Part shown: positions 20,854-31,706 of the stretch, in pieces
Layout: each line of letters begins with the position of its first letter
Position numbering within the stretch: the stretch's first letter is position 1
IMG/VR virus record: IMGVR_UViG_3300025000_000078
Coordinates: 10,947-74,946 of that record
DNA: 64,000 bases
Reading direction: 5' to 3' (one strand)
From: a virus
Made by a program: the position numbers and the translations under genes
Notes under the pieces: model-generated
Seen by the model: the letters and a program-made list of their open reading frames with translations, nothing else
Database searches by the model: none
What the model was told of the DNA's origin: nothing

Positions 20854-23226
20854 TTATCTTATGTCAATTATTACTTCACCTTTACGTACTGAAATTAATT
20901 TTCTCCCTTTACTCAATCTAGGTAATTCAATAACATCCTTTATTTTAATCTCCTCAACAGTATTCTTTAAATAAGCTTTAAATACTTCATTACCTCTAAC
21001 AGTTTTAATCATTACAATATTTTCATCATAAATATCAAGTCTTTCGTTATTTAATGAAATAATTCTTAACGGTTTACTATTCCTTTCCATAGTTTTAAAT
21101 TCATTTAAGGTACATTTCTTACCGTTACCTTTATTAGTTAATACGAATAAATATTTATCTTTATCATTTACAATATCCATTCCAATAACTTCTTCATCTT
21201 CAGTTAATTCAATGGCTTTAATACCAATGGACATTCTAGAAGTTTCTTTAATATCAGATGAAGGTATTCTAACACCAAATCCTTTATTTGTATAAATAAC
21301 AACATCTTTGTCACCAGCTAATAATTTAACTGATTTCAACATATCATTTTCTTTAATAATTAATCCAACTAATTCACTTTTAATATTCATATAATATTTA
21401 ATTGGTGTTTTTTTAATAATACCATTCTTTGTAATCATTAAGAAATATATTGGTGTTTTAATATTAGATAATGAGTCAGTTGTAGGTTTAGGGAATATTG
21501 TATTAATATTTCCATTTATATTACAATATTTATTTAATTTCTCCCCATTACTATTAATAATACTATTTTCTAATATGTGAACAGGTAATCTTGAAACTTT
21601 TCCACTATCATCAAAAATTAATAAATCCGTTGTATTTCGACTTTCTATTATTTCAATAGGATAATCTCCTTGAGATATATTACCTATAGAAGTAGAATTA
21701 TCGGATAATTTTTTTACATAACCATTGAAGGTAAATACTATTAAATGATTAGTATTTTGTATTTTAGTTTCACCTTCAATAGAAATAATCCTACTTTTTC
21801 TCTCCTCACCAAATAATTTTATCCCTTCTTCTAATTCACTTTTGATTATTTTATCAATTTTTTTTACTGATTTAACAATCTTTTCATACTTTTCAATTTT
21901 CTCATTAATATCTGTCATTTCTTTCTTATATTTCTTATAAGATTCTTTAGAAAAAGCATTCATTTTCATTTCTGATATATTTTCAGCCTGTAAAGAAGTT
22001 ATACCAAAAGCTGACATTAATTTATTAATAATCTCAGCTTTATTTTCAGATTTTTTAATAATTCTTAAAGTCTTTTCCCCATTCTCTTCATTTAAGATAA
22101 ATAATAATATTTTCAATATATGCTGTCTTTCTCTTACTTTGGTTATCTTATGATTATATATTCTTCTTTTAGTATCTCTTCTAAAATTAATCCAAGATAA
22201 TAATAACATTCTAATATTAAAATCTCTATCTTCATAATCATCAATCAATTTAAAATTGACTGGATATGTTTTTTCAAGATCAGTTTTTTTATATAAAGTG
22301 TGAATAATAGAAATCGGATCAACTTCTTTTTTAAAGAATAATTTTAGTTTAATACCATTTCTTTCAGAATAATCATCTTCAATATCTTTTAAACCAGGTA
22401 ATTTACCTTCACGGAACAAAGGAATTATTTGATCTTTTAATACATCTTTCAAATGAACTCTTAATGGCGATGAAGTAATTGTAATAATATTATTATGCTC
22501 GTCTAAATCAAAACTAGCCCTCATTTTAAATTTACCTTTACCAGTTTCAGATAACTCTTTAAAATTATTTTCATCAATTATAAGAGCACCTGTTGGTGAG
22601 TCTGGTATTAAAGTTATATCTTCATAATCAGGGTCATCTATTAATTTTAAAGTTAATTCACATACTTCTTTGAAATTATACGTTGGTAATGAACAACTTA
22701 TACCATACCCTATACCAAAACTATCATTGATTAATACACTGGGATACTTAGCCGGTAAATATTCTGGTTCTAATAAATCACCACTATAATTAGGTTTCAT
22801 ATCAACAATGTTTTTATTAAATTCTTCAAAGAAACATTTATAAGAATAAAAACTTAAACGAGCTTCGATATAACGAGAAGCTGCAGCTGAATCACCAATA
22901 GGATTACCAAAGTTCCCACTACCTTCAATAAAACATTGTATATTATGCCATGGTTGAGCTAATTTTACTAATGTATCATAAACAGGTTTATCACCATGAG
23001 GATGATAAGCTAAAACCTGGCCTACAAGTGTTGACACTTTTTTGAATCTATCATTATATGAGCATCCTAATTCATATAATGTATATAATATTCTTCTTTC
23101 TCCTATTTTTAGTCCGTCCTCAGCAAATGGGATATGTCTCATAAGATTTGTATTAGCCCCATAAATTTGCATATAATGAGTACAGATATCACCGATATTT
23201 TCTATTTTAACATTTTTATCAAACAT
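20854..23226 (-). CDS. gyrA: Type IIA topoisomerase/gyrase subunit A
   Basis: DGLK..RRILY, YHPHGD, GNFG, catalytic SRYIEARL and C-terminal pinwheel repeats. Confidence 0.93.
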   Translation of the reverse strand: MFDKNVKIENIGDICTHYMQIYGANTNLMRHIPFAEDGLKIGERRILYTLYELGCSYNDRFKKVSTLVGQVLAYHPHGDKPVYDTLVKLAQPWHNIQCFIEGSGNFGNPIGDSAAASRYIEARLSFYSYKCFFEEFNKNIVDMKPNYSGDLLEPEYLPAKYPSVLINDSFGIGYGISCSLPTYNFKEVCELTLKLIDDPDYEDITLIPDSPTGALIIDENNFKELSETGKGKFKMRASFDLDEHNNIITITSSPLRVHLKDVLKDQIIPLFREGKLPGLKDIEDDYSERNGIKLKLFFKKEVDPISIIHTLYKKTDLEKTYPVNFKLIDDYEDRDFNIRMLLLSWINFRRDTKRRIYNHKITKVRERQHILKILLFILNEENGEKTLRIIKKSENKAEIINKLMSAFGITSLQAENISEMKMNAFSKESYKKYKKEMTDINEKIEKYEKIVKSVKKIDKIIKSELEEGIKLFGEERKSRIISIEGETKIQNTNHLIVFTFNGYVKKLSDNSTSIGNISQGDYPIEIIESRNTTDLLIFDDSGKVSRLPVHILENSIINSNGEKLNKYCNINGNINTIFPKPTTDSLSNIKTPIYFLMITKNGIIKKTPIKYYMNIKSELVGLIIKENDMLKSVKLLAGDKDVVIYTNKGFGVRIPSSDIKETSRMSIGIKAIELTEDEEVIGMDIVNDKDKYLFVLTNKGNGKKCTLNEFKTMERNSKPLRIISLNNERLDIYDENIVMIKTVRGNEVFKAYLKNTVEEIKIKDVIELPRLSKGRKLISVRKGEVIIDIR

Positions 23227-23316
23227 AAATCTCCATCTCCCTATATTTTATTATAGATTAATAATATATAAATAAAAAAATAAGGGTTAAATAAAACCCT
23301 TTTCCTTATACATTTT

Positions 23317-23910
23317 TTAAAAATAACCAATTTTTATTTTTGATAACTTGTGCCATATATAATTAAAATATTTAAAAGTGAAATTATCGGCATATAGTTC
23401 ACTAGAATCAAATAATCTAATTAATTCATTAGCTTCAGCATCTTCCATCTCATCAAAATTAAATAATAGATCAATTGATTGTATGTTTTGTCTATCTAAA
23501 GCAATTTTATTACTTAAAGTTTTATTATAACGGTAAATTTTATTCAATTGATCAATATGTCCATATTCATGCAATAGACAAATAAGAAAATGAGTTTCTT
23601 TATTAAATCCAAACCCATTATATTTTAAGAATTCAATAAATCGACATTTAACCGTTTCATAAATATTAGGATTTTTTTCAAGGAAATATATAGTGTCTTC
23701 TTTAATATGTATCTCAGCAATAAATTTTTTTGTTTGTTTATTATCTTTTGAACTATATAAAACAAAAGCAGGTTGTTGATTATAAGGATCTTTATTATAA
23801 TAACTATCATTCATATCCTGGTCTTTTTTCACTAATTGTATTTTAACTTTACCGTTTTTAAAACGAAATTCATTTTTTACAACATTAATACATTCTTCAT
23901 AAAATGACAT
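23317..23910 (-). CDS. HExxH-containing hypothetical protein
   Basis: LLHEYGH...ELYAD motif; lies between gyrB and gyrA. Confidence 0.6.
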   Translation of the reverse strand: MSFYEECINVVKNEFRFKNGKVKIQLVKKDQDMNDSYYNKDPYNQQPAFVLYSSKDNKQTKKFIAEIHIKEDTIYFLEKNPNIYETVKCRFIEFLKYNGFGFNKETHFLICLLHEYGHIDQLNKIYRYNKTLSNKIALDRQNIQSIDLLFNFDEMEDAEANELIRLFDSSELYADNFTFKYFNYIWHKLSKIKIGYF

Positions 23911-23924
23911 AATGACATCTCCTT

Positions 23925-26288
23925 TTAATTATCTAAATCTTCCCTATCGATTTTAAAGTTTTTCATTAATTGTTTTCTTTCACTAATAGCATCTGTTCCA
24001 TCACCATGAATAATTCTAAATTTTTCAACTTCTTTTTCAACATCTTTCATTGTCAATTTTATTAAAATTCTCTTATTTGGGTCCATTGTTGTATCCCATA
24101 AATCTTTAGATTTTAATTCCCCTAGTCCTTTAAACCTAGTTTTTATTTTAGGTTTATATTTCTGACATAATATGAAGAATTCTGCTAAAGACATAACACT
24201 ACTATAATCATTCTCAACACTAACATCATAGTACATTTTTTTATTATTAACTTTATCAATAAATACTTTTAAACTATTTATCCTCTTTCTAAATAAATCA
24301 TCTATTATAACTATTTGAAACTTACCTTCAATAATCCCAGATATAACATTATCCTCAACAGACATTTCTGGGAATTTAAATTGTAAATCATTTATAAAGT
24401 TTTTATCATCACTATGAATAATAATAAATTCCATTAAAATAGGATGTATGTTAAAATGATTAGCTACTCTATATATTTCATCTAAATACATTCTATTCTT
24501 TAACAAAAATTCTTTCATTTGTTCATTAGTTAATACTTCTTTATTATCTTTAATTCTAATCTTATCTCTAATTCTACGTTCAAATACCTCGATATATTCT
24601 TTTTTATCTAATATAAAAGGTTTTTGTTTATCATGTATCTCATAAAGTGGTGAAACTGCTTTATATAATAAACCTTGTTTAATTATTTCAGGTAAATGCA
24701 TTAAAAAGAAAGTACATACTAAAGAAACAATTCTATATCCATCAACATCTGAATCAGCCATTATAATTATTTTTTTATAATGTAATTTTTTAATATCAAA
24801 TCCATTACCAATACCACATTTTAATCTTTTAACTAATTCTTTTAGTTCAGTATTTGATAACGCTTTATCCAACTCTAAATTAAAACTATTTAAAGGTACA
24901 CCAAATATTGAAAATAAAGCCTGTGTTGTAGTATTTCTACCTTGTCTAGCTGTACCTAAAGCCGAATCTCCTTCAATAATAAATAGTTCTCTATAAGAAT
25001 CACCTTTATTATTAGCTTTAACAAAATTTTTTAAAGCATGTTCAGCAAATGCTTGAGTATCACCTTTAATAACTGCATTACGAATTTTATTAGCCTGTGT
25101 TCTAGCTTTAGCTATAAGTTTAATATAGTCAGTAATTTTCTTTAATTCTTTTGAATGAGTTTTAAAATATTCCATCAATGCCTTATATGTCATATCTTTT
25201 AATGGTTTAAAGAAACTATTATTAGTTACCTTTTCTTTTACTTGTCCACTAAATTCTAACCTCATATCAGTACTTAAAAATAAAGTAAGAACTAAATTAG
25301 ATGTAATATCATTATATACAATATCAATATTTTTTAAATCTCTCTGACTTAAACTTTCTCTAGTCTGTTTACCTAAATATTGTATAATGCCCTGTTTAAC
25401 AGCATCAACATGAACACCGTTTTCAATTGTATTAACAAAGTTACAAAAAGAGTCAACTAACATTTCATTATTAGTATTGTTAGAATCGAATGTAAATGCA
25501 ACTTCTAGCCCAATAAATCTATCGTATTCATATCCTTTATCAAATTCTTTTATTTTTAATGATTGGAAGAAATGAATTGGATCTATTAAAGGTTCTTTAC
25601 ATAATTTTTTCATATAATCATATAAACCATTTTTATTTCTATATTTCTTTTGTATGGTAGATTCTTTACCTTTTCTTGTAACACTGACATTAATTTTAAT
25701 ATCAGGTGTAACTAAATAAATTATTTTTTCAACCCAATTTAATAAATCTTCAGTTATTATATTACATTCATCCCCCATATAAAATGGTGATGGTTTAAAA
25801 ATAATACATAGACCATGTTTATCTTTATTATTCACCTTTGTTATTTTTTCATCTATTTTCTTACCATTAATAAATTTTATTGTAAGTTTTTCACCATATC
25901 TAGTTGAACTTATTTCAATTATATCAGATAATGCAGTAATAGTACACATACCAATGCCATTTTCTCCAGCACTTTGTTTGGATTGTTCTCTAGTAAATTT
26001 ACTACCAGATTGTAATGTGGTACATACTAATTCTAACTTATCAAATGAAATTCCCCTACCATTATCTAAAATCTTAATTGTATTTTCAGTTTCATCTAAA
26101 TAAATATTAATTTCATTTCCTGGAGAATTAACATTAATACATTCATCTATAGAATTATTAATAATTTCTTTGGTTAAATGTAATGAACCTTTTTGACCCA
26201 GATATCCTATATACACATTCGGTTTACATTGTACTTTGTCAATATCACTCTCTTTATGATCAATAATATCATCAATAAATTTAGACAT
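23925..26288 (-). CDS. gyrB: Type IIA topoisomerase/gyrase subunit B
   Basis: EIINNSIDE and DNGRGI (GHKL ATPase), IEGDSA and DSDVDG (TOPRIM), RFKGLGEL. Confidence 0.93.
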   Translation of the reverse strand: MSKFIDDIIDHKESDIDKVQCKPNVYIGYLGQKGSLHLTKEIINNSIDECINVNSPGNEINIYLDETENTIKILDNGRGISFDKLELVCTTLQSGSKFTREQSKQSAGENGIGMCTITALSDIIEISSTRYGEKLTIKFINGKKIDEKITKVNNKDKHGLCIIFKPSPFYMGDECNIITEDLLNWVEKIIYLVTPDIKINVSVTRKGKESTIQKKYRNKNGLYDYMKKLCKEPLIDPIHFFQSLKIKEFDKGYEYDRFIGLEVAFTFDSNNTNNEMLVDSFCNFVNTIENGVHVDAVKQGIIQYLGKQTRESLSQRDLKNIDIVYNDITSNLVLTLFLSTDMRLEFSGQVKEKVTNNSFFKPLKDMTYKALMEYFKTHSKELKKITDYIKLIAKARTQANKIRNAVIKGDTQAFAEHALKNFVKANNKGDSYRELFIIEGDSALGTARQGRNTTTQALFSIFGVPLNSFNLELDKALSNTELKELVKRLKCGIGNGFDIKKLHYKKIIIMADSDVDGYRIVSLVCTFFLMHLPEIIKQGLLYKAVSPLYEIHDKQKPFILDKKEYIEVFERRIRDKIRIKDNKEVLTNEQMKEFLLKNRMYLDEIYRVANHFNIHPILMEFIIIHSDDKNFINDLQFKFPEMSVEDNVISGIIEGKFQIVIIDDLFRKRINSLKVFIDKVNNKKMYYDVSVENDYSSVMSLAEFFILCQKYKPKIKTRFKGLGELKSKDLWDTTMDPNKRILIKLTMKDVEKEVEKFRIIHGDGTDAISERKQLMKNFKIDREDLDN

Positions 26289-26499
26289 TTAAATCAACTC
26301 CTTATTTATTCTATGTAAATGTTCTTTTAATAATAAAAAATGATTTATTTAGTACTTTATATATGTTTAATATAAAAAATAAAATAATATAAAATAAGAT
26401 TTAATTAACCATACTCGACCCTAGAGCCTAACATGGTTAATTAAATTTTTTAAAAAAATAGACGAGATATTATTTATCTCGTCTATTTTTCATATGAAA

Positions 26500-26970
26500 T
26501 TATTTCTTTTTACCACCGATAAAAGAAATAGAACCAACACCATAAGAACCAATATCATCTCTATCTTTTTTCTTTTTATTTCTCTTACCATATATGTCAG
26601 CATATCTTTCATATAATTCTTTAGTTTCATGCAAATTGAAATCCAGCTCACCTAGCAACATGATGATTTTCTCATCCTTATCACAATCAGCAAAACTTCT
26701 TATTTGCTGAATTGCATTGTGTAAAGTACTTAATGCATCTTTGAGTTCTTCTTTACTAATATGATTCATATTAAAAATGGTTTTACAATATTTGCATTGA
26801 TAATCACCAGTTTTACCTTTTTCATATGGGTAAATTTTTAATTTACCTTTTTCATTTTGGTGACAACAATGAATTGCTATTTTTTTCTTTTCTTTATGGA
26901 AATCTCTTTCCATACCTTCCAGTCTTTCCAACTTACCAATAATTCTTTTTCTATCTCTGTCCTTAGCCAT
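26500..26970 (-). CDS. Zn-ribbon-like hypothetical protein
   Basis: CCH...CKYC motif with RBS. Confidence 0.65.
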   Translation of the reverse strand: MAKDRDRKRIIGKLERLEGMERDFHKEKKKIAIHCCHQNEKGKLKIYPYEKGKTGDYQCKYCKTIFNMNHISKEELKDALSTLHNAIQQIRSFADCDKDEKIIMLLGELDFNLHETKELYERYADIYGKRNKKKKDRDDIGSYGVGSISFIGGKKK

Positions 26971-27139
26971 TAATTTAACCTCCTATTATTTTTTAAATTA
27001 TTTTATTACATCTTGCTTAATAATATATACTTAAAAAATTAATCAATTTTAAATTTACATTAGTGTTGACTTAGTAATAATTTTTTACACAAGATAATAA
27101 TAAAGTATAAGATAAATATCTTATACTTTATTAAATACA

Positions 27140-27430
27140 TTAAGACATAATAAATCTTTTTTCAATTCTTTCATTATCTTCTGGTTCAGGAACCATTAAT
27201 ATAGCCTGTATATTTTCAACATGTTTGTATACAAAGTATTTATTACCTTTAGTATCCTCTTCTTCCATTCTAACAACCTCAGTATCATCACCTAAAGTGA
27301 GAAATACTTGATCAAAAACAAATTCACCTGTCTTAAACCATCTCTTTGCAATATTATCAAATATAATAGCTAATAATCTATTATCTCCACCACCATGATT
27401 AATGATATTTCTTGCATCTCCAAGTCTCAT
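27140..27430 (-). CDS. Hypothetical protein
   Basis: 96-aa ORF with AGGAGG RBS. Confidence 0.65.
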   Translation of the reverse strand: MRLGDARNIINHGGGDNRLLAIIFDNIAKRWFKTGEFVFDQVFLTLGDDTEVVRMEEEDTKGNKYFVYKHVENIQAILMVPEPEDNERIEKRFIMS

Positions 27431-27602
27431 TTATTTATCCCTCCTATTTTTTTTCTTTTTTCCTTTACCATGAGATAAAGAAAAATATTCTTTAAATCTT
27501 TTAACTTTTTGTTCAATTGACTCATATTTTATTGGCTTATTATTTAAAACAGGTGCTAATAATTTTTCCATATCCTTAAGAGAAATTTTAATACCCCCTT
27601 CA

Positions 27603-28775
27603 TTAAATAGCTATAATCAATCCAGTAGTAGCCCTAGTTATAGCAGTATATAACCATTTAAAATAATATTCTTTATTACCCATTTTTTCATCATATACTA
27701 AAACATTGTTATATTGAGAACCTTGTGATAAATGAGCCGTTATAGCATGAGCAAATTCAAATTTATTAATATAACTTCGTTTACTTTGTTTTCTCTCTTC
27801 ATAACTTTTAAATAAATAATTATGGTCCATTGGAATTCTTCTAAAAAATTCTTCTATTAAAAATTCAGGTCTGAAATCAATACATACTGATTTTTTAGTA
27901 TATGTGTCTAGATGTATATCTTTAACGTAACCAACTAAACCATTAACAAGTGATATATTATCTAAAACAGATAATGACCAATTATTTTGTCTACAAATAA
28001 TCTTATCTCCGATAATTGGAAAAGGTTTATTTATTTTATTAATACTTTCTCTCACATATCTATTTATATTATCTCTAGTTCTATTCTTACCGCAAATAAC
28101 TATATCATTATCAACTAACATGTTATCTTTAATATCCTCTTTATTAATAACATGACATTTATCACCATATTTACCAACCCTTAATAACTTATGTTTTATT
28201 GCTTGCTGGCTTAGATATATAATAGGGTCATCTTTTTTTTGTCTTATTATTTCAGTTAATATAATATCCGGATTATTTAAGAAAAATGGTTTACCAAAAA
28301 TTGGTGGTAATTGATTTAAATCACCTAATACTAAAACAGGTAGATTGAAACTTAGAATATCAGCTCCGATTTTTCCATCGACAGTTGAACCCTCATCAAT
28401 AACTAAAAGTTCAATATTATCAGGTAATTTAGCTTTTTTAACAAATGTTGGTGTTGTAAGTATACGTCCATTTCTTCTTATAAAATTATTATTTTCATCC
28501 AGTATAGGTACATCAATTAAATCATAAATAACACTATGTATAGTATGTGCATTAATACCTTGACGCATTAAAGCCATTGTCGCTTTACCAATATATGCCA
28601 TAAATAAAACATTTTCCATAGGTATTCTTAATTTATTTATTAAAAAACGTACAATAAATGTTTTTCCTGAACCAGCAGGTCCTGATATTTCGATTACTTG
28701 TTTATTTTGTCTCTTTCTCCATAAAACAATTTCATTTGAGGCATTAGCCTGTTGGGTATTTAATATATCAACCAT
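27603..28775 (-). CDS. SF1 helicase, Dda/RecD-like
   Basis: GPAGSGKT, VIDE, GDLNQLPP, LTEIIRQ, TAHLSQGSQY and YTAITRA. Confidence 0.9.
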   Translation of the reverse strand: MVDILNTQQANASNEIVLWRKRQNKQVIEISGPAGSGKTFIVRFLINKLRIPMENVLFMAYIGKATMALMRQGINAHTIHSVIYDLIDVPILDENNNFIRRNGRILTTPTFVKKAKLPDNIELLVIDEGSTVDGKIGADILSFNLPVLVLGDLNQLPPIFGKPFFLNNPDIILTEIIRQKKDDPIIYLSQQAIKHKLLRVGKYGDKCHVINKEDIKDNMLVDNDIVICGKNRTRDNINRYVRESINKINKPFPIIGDKIICRQNNWSLSVLDNISLVNGLVGYVKDIHLDTYTKKSVCIDFRPEFLIEEFFRRIPMDHNYLFKSYEERKQSKRSYINKFEFAHAITAHLSQGSQYNNVLVYDEKMGNKEYYFKWLYTAITRATTGLIIAI

Positions 28776-28910
28776 TTATTTAACATATCACCTCTTCCGT
28801 AAAATATATAGGAAGGTATTTTTATATTCATTTATATGATTGTGTGATAAATATTTAAAATCAATTACAATTATATAAAACTTAATATAATAGATTGGAG
28901 GTAAAGATAT

Positions 28911-29558
28911 ATGATTAATAGTTTAGAAAATCTCGGAGTTAGATCAGATGAATATTGTTTTTTATTAGAAGAATCAGATCAATATAATAAATCTTTTAAA
29001 GTTAATATACCTAAATTTATGCCAATGTTTTCAATAGACGAAACACCTAAAACTAGTAATAATGTCTTTGATAATAATATTTTTATAAATGATACTTCAT
29101 GTAAACCTATTGCAAATAATGCGATAATTACACAAAATTATATTTCTTTAGAAAGATTTAGAAATACTAATTTTAGATTTCATCCTTCTAAAATACAAAA
29201 AAAAACCAGATTTATTTGTAAGATAGTTAATGGTAATCTAAGAAATATGGGTATTACTGATGATGAGTTAAATTTAGAACAGGTTGATGGTAATAATCAA
29301 ATTTTTATTAGAAATCCATCGCATGAAATAATAGATAGGATAAAATCCGGTGATACTGTTAAATTTGCAATTGGTAATAGTGGTCCCAATGCCGGTTTTT
29401 CTATACTAACAGGAACAGTAACTCAAATAAATGATTGGGGTATTATAGCTACAATACCACCAGATCATGATGTTCCTTATAGTGTATTATCAAGTAATAT
29501 TATAGGTGTTTATACAAGTACCGGAACATATAAAACTAATATAAGAGGTGATTATTAA
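28911..29558 (+). CDS. Putative baseplate/virion protein
   Basis: 215-aa ORF translationally coupled to the wedge-like gene. Confidence 0.55.
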   Translation: MINSLENLGVRSDEYCFLLEESDQYNKSFKVNIPKFMPMFSIDETPKTSNNVFDNNIFINDTSCKPIANNAIITQNYISLERFRNTNFRFHPSKIQKKTRFICKIVNGNLRNMGITDDELNLEQVDGNNQIFIRNPSHEIIDRIKSGDTVKFAIGNSGPNAGFSILTGTVTQINDWGIIATIPPDHDVPYSVLSSNIIGVYTSTGTYKTNIRGDY

Positions 29559-29989
29559 TGATTAATAGTATATATGAATGTAATACATTAGAGGATCTTA
29601 TATTATACGGTAAATCTTTAGATATATCTCATGATAAACTACATTTTAAAGCTTCTTTTTTAGACAACTCTAATAATATTATAATTTTTAATTATAGTTC
29701 CTTAATTCAAAAATATAAATACTTTTTAGAAAAGTATATTAGAACTATTGAATTTAATGATGTTGAATACGAGAAATATAGATTTAAGCCAAAAAGTTTA
29801 AGTGTTGATTTATATGGAACTACTGAACTATGGTCAGCTATTTTAAGAATAAATAATGTATTAAGTATTAATGAATTTTCATTAAAAAAAATAAAATTAT
29901 TTACAACAGAAATATTATCTGCATTAAATGAAATATTAATTCTTGAAGAAAAAAATATAAAAGAGAATAGAAGTAATAATAGTATTTAA
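29558..29989 (+). CDS. Baseplate wedge-like protein (T4 gp53/LysM-like)
   Basis: KP..LS.DLYG..ELW..ILRIN motif. Confidence 0.65.
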   Translation: MINSIYECNTLEDLILYGKSLDISHDKLHFKASFLDNSNNIIIFNYSSLIQKYKYFLEKYIRTIEFNDVEYEKYRFKPKSLSVDLYGTTELWSAILRINNVLSINEFSLKKIKLFTTEILSALNEILILEEKNIKENRSNNSI

Positions 29990-30000
29990 TTTTTTATTTA

Positions 30001-30008
30001 TATATTAT
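30001..30008 (+). promoter_or_regulatory. Early-type promoter motif TATATTAT
   Basis: Recurs upstream of non-structural genes (also 30631 on plus and many minus-strand copies). Confidence 0.55.
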
Positions 30009-30040
30009 TCATATAAATAAAAAATTAAAGGGGAATAAAA

Positions 30041-30601
30041 ATGAAAAATAAACAAATTAATTTATATTTAAAAGATAATCCTATTAAATCAGCAAAAGAT
30101 ATGCCAATTCCATTAACTTGGAATAAAATTGATAATGAATGGAAAGAAAACCTTAAAAAAAGTAATCAGTTTTGGTTTAGTGGTTTCGCTGGAAAATTAG
30201 AAGATAGATTTTCTAATAGAATAGATGAAATAATCAAAATATTGCAGTTGCGTGATAAATTACTAGAATTTGGTGGTGAAGAAGCATGTATGTCATTTAT
30301 AGAAGAAGACTTGCAAAATATAATAAATAGGGGTGAATTTTGGTATGGTGATAACTGTTCTTTAATTAAAGGAGAACCATCCCGTTGCCATTCGAATTGT
30401 GCATATTTATGGGAAGTTAATAAAGATAAAATTGTAATATGTACTGGATATGCCTTATCAAAAGATGGAATGTGGAGACAACATACATGGTGTATTGAAA
30501 CTAGAAGCGGTAAAATAATAGAAACTACTGTAAAAAGAATTGCTTATTTCGGTTTTGTTCTTACCGTTGATGAAGCTGAAGAATTTTTATCTAATTATTA
30601 A
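30041..30601 (+). CDS. Hypothetical protein
   Basis: CH.N...TGYALS.DG.WRQH.W motif of a conserved family of unknown function. Confidence 0.7.
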   Translation: MKNKQINLYLKDNPIKSAKDMPIPLTWNKIDNEWKENLKKSNQFWFSGFAGKLEDRFSNRIDEIIKILQLRDKLLEFGGEEACMSFIEEDLQNIINRGEFWYGDNCSLIKGEPSRCHSNCAYLWEVNKDKIVICTGYALSKDGMWRQHTWCIETRSGKIIETTVKRIAYFGFVLTVDEAEEFLSNY

Positions 30602-30675
30602 TCCATTAGTATATTAGGTAATTTTAAGTATATATTATTTAAATAGAATAACTAAAAGAAAGAAGGTAGATATAT

Positions 30676-31260
30676 TTGTTGAAAAAAACTATAAATTTAA
30701 CATTTGAAAATGAGGAAAAAATATTTTTTGAAACGATTATGAGTAAAAGTGGTCTTTCATGTTTATGGGAATTGGGAGCTTGTTATAATGATAGAATAGG
30801 TCATTCGTTAATAATAACTGATGAGAAATTTAAGAAAACTGGTGCAATATTCTTAAAAAATGATCTACATGCACAGGAAGAACATGCTCTAGTTCCAGTA
30901 GCAGAAGGATTTTATGTATTTAAAAGTATTTATCATAAACCAGATTATACTATGTATATATACAGAATTAATTTTATAACCAGTATATTAATTCAAGCTG
31001 ATTTAGTAGGCTGTTCTATTTTAGCAACAAATGATAGTGAATTTTTAAGTAAAAGGTATAAAAATAAAAATTTTATGTCAGCATATGAAATATCATTGGA
31101 TAAGGCTGAAGGTGAGAAAATTCTGTACTGTTATCCCCCAGCACCTAAAAGTAATAATAAATTTATCCATCACAAGAAAGATACGAAAAAAAATGATATA
31201 GTTGAATTAGAATTAATGGATAAAGTAGTAAAAGAATTTGGTGGTTATAGAGTAAAATAA
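30676..31260 (+). CDS. Hypothetical protein
   Basis: 194-aa ORF with an early motif upstream. Confidence 0.65.
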   Translation: MLKKTINLTFENEEKIFFETIMSKSGLSCLWELGACYNDRIGHSLIITDEKFKKTGAIFLKNDLHAQEEHALVPVAEGFYVFKSIYHKPDYTMYIYRINFITSILIQADLVGCSILATNDSEFLSKRYKNKNFMSAYEISLDKAEGEKILYCYPPAPKSNNKFIHHKKDTKKNDIVELELMDKVVKEFGGYRVK

Positions 31261-31288
31261 AAAAATAATAGTGAGGATTATCTCACTA

Positions 31289-31706
31289 TTATTTTTTTTT
31301 ATTTAATGCTGATGAAAAATCAAATAAATCTTCTTCTTTATCTTCTTTAATTACTTTTCTTTCTACTGCATTTCTTTTACCTTTTTTATCTATATTTAAA
31401 TCAACACCTTCAAAATCTGTTGATAAACTTTCTTCAGATAATGAATGTTCTAAATAGATATCATCAATAAGTCTAATTCTATTACCAACTTCAAATGGAT
31501 GGTTAAAATAACTTAATTCGTAAGTATCCCTATATCTTATTTTAACTCTTTTAAATGTTAAATAATAATTATTAGTATTCTTTTTCTTTTCTATGTTAAT
31601 GATAATAACAACGTCACTATTTTCAATAACTTCAAAAGCTGAGCCTACATTACCTCTACCCATGAATCTTGCTAAATCTTCTTTATTAGCCATTAGTGCA
31701 CTATCT
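31289..31706 (-). CDS. dnaB: DnaB-like replicative helicase, exon 3
   Basis: GSAFEVIENSDVVI and K.R arginine-finger region; begins after the terminal G at 31707. Confidence 0.85.
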
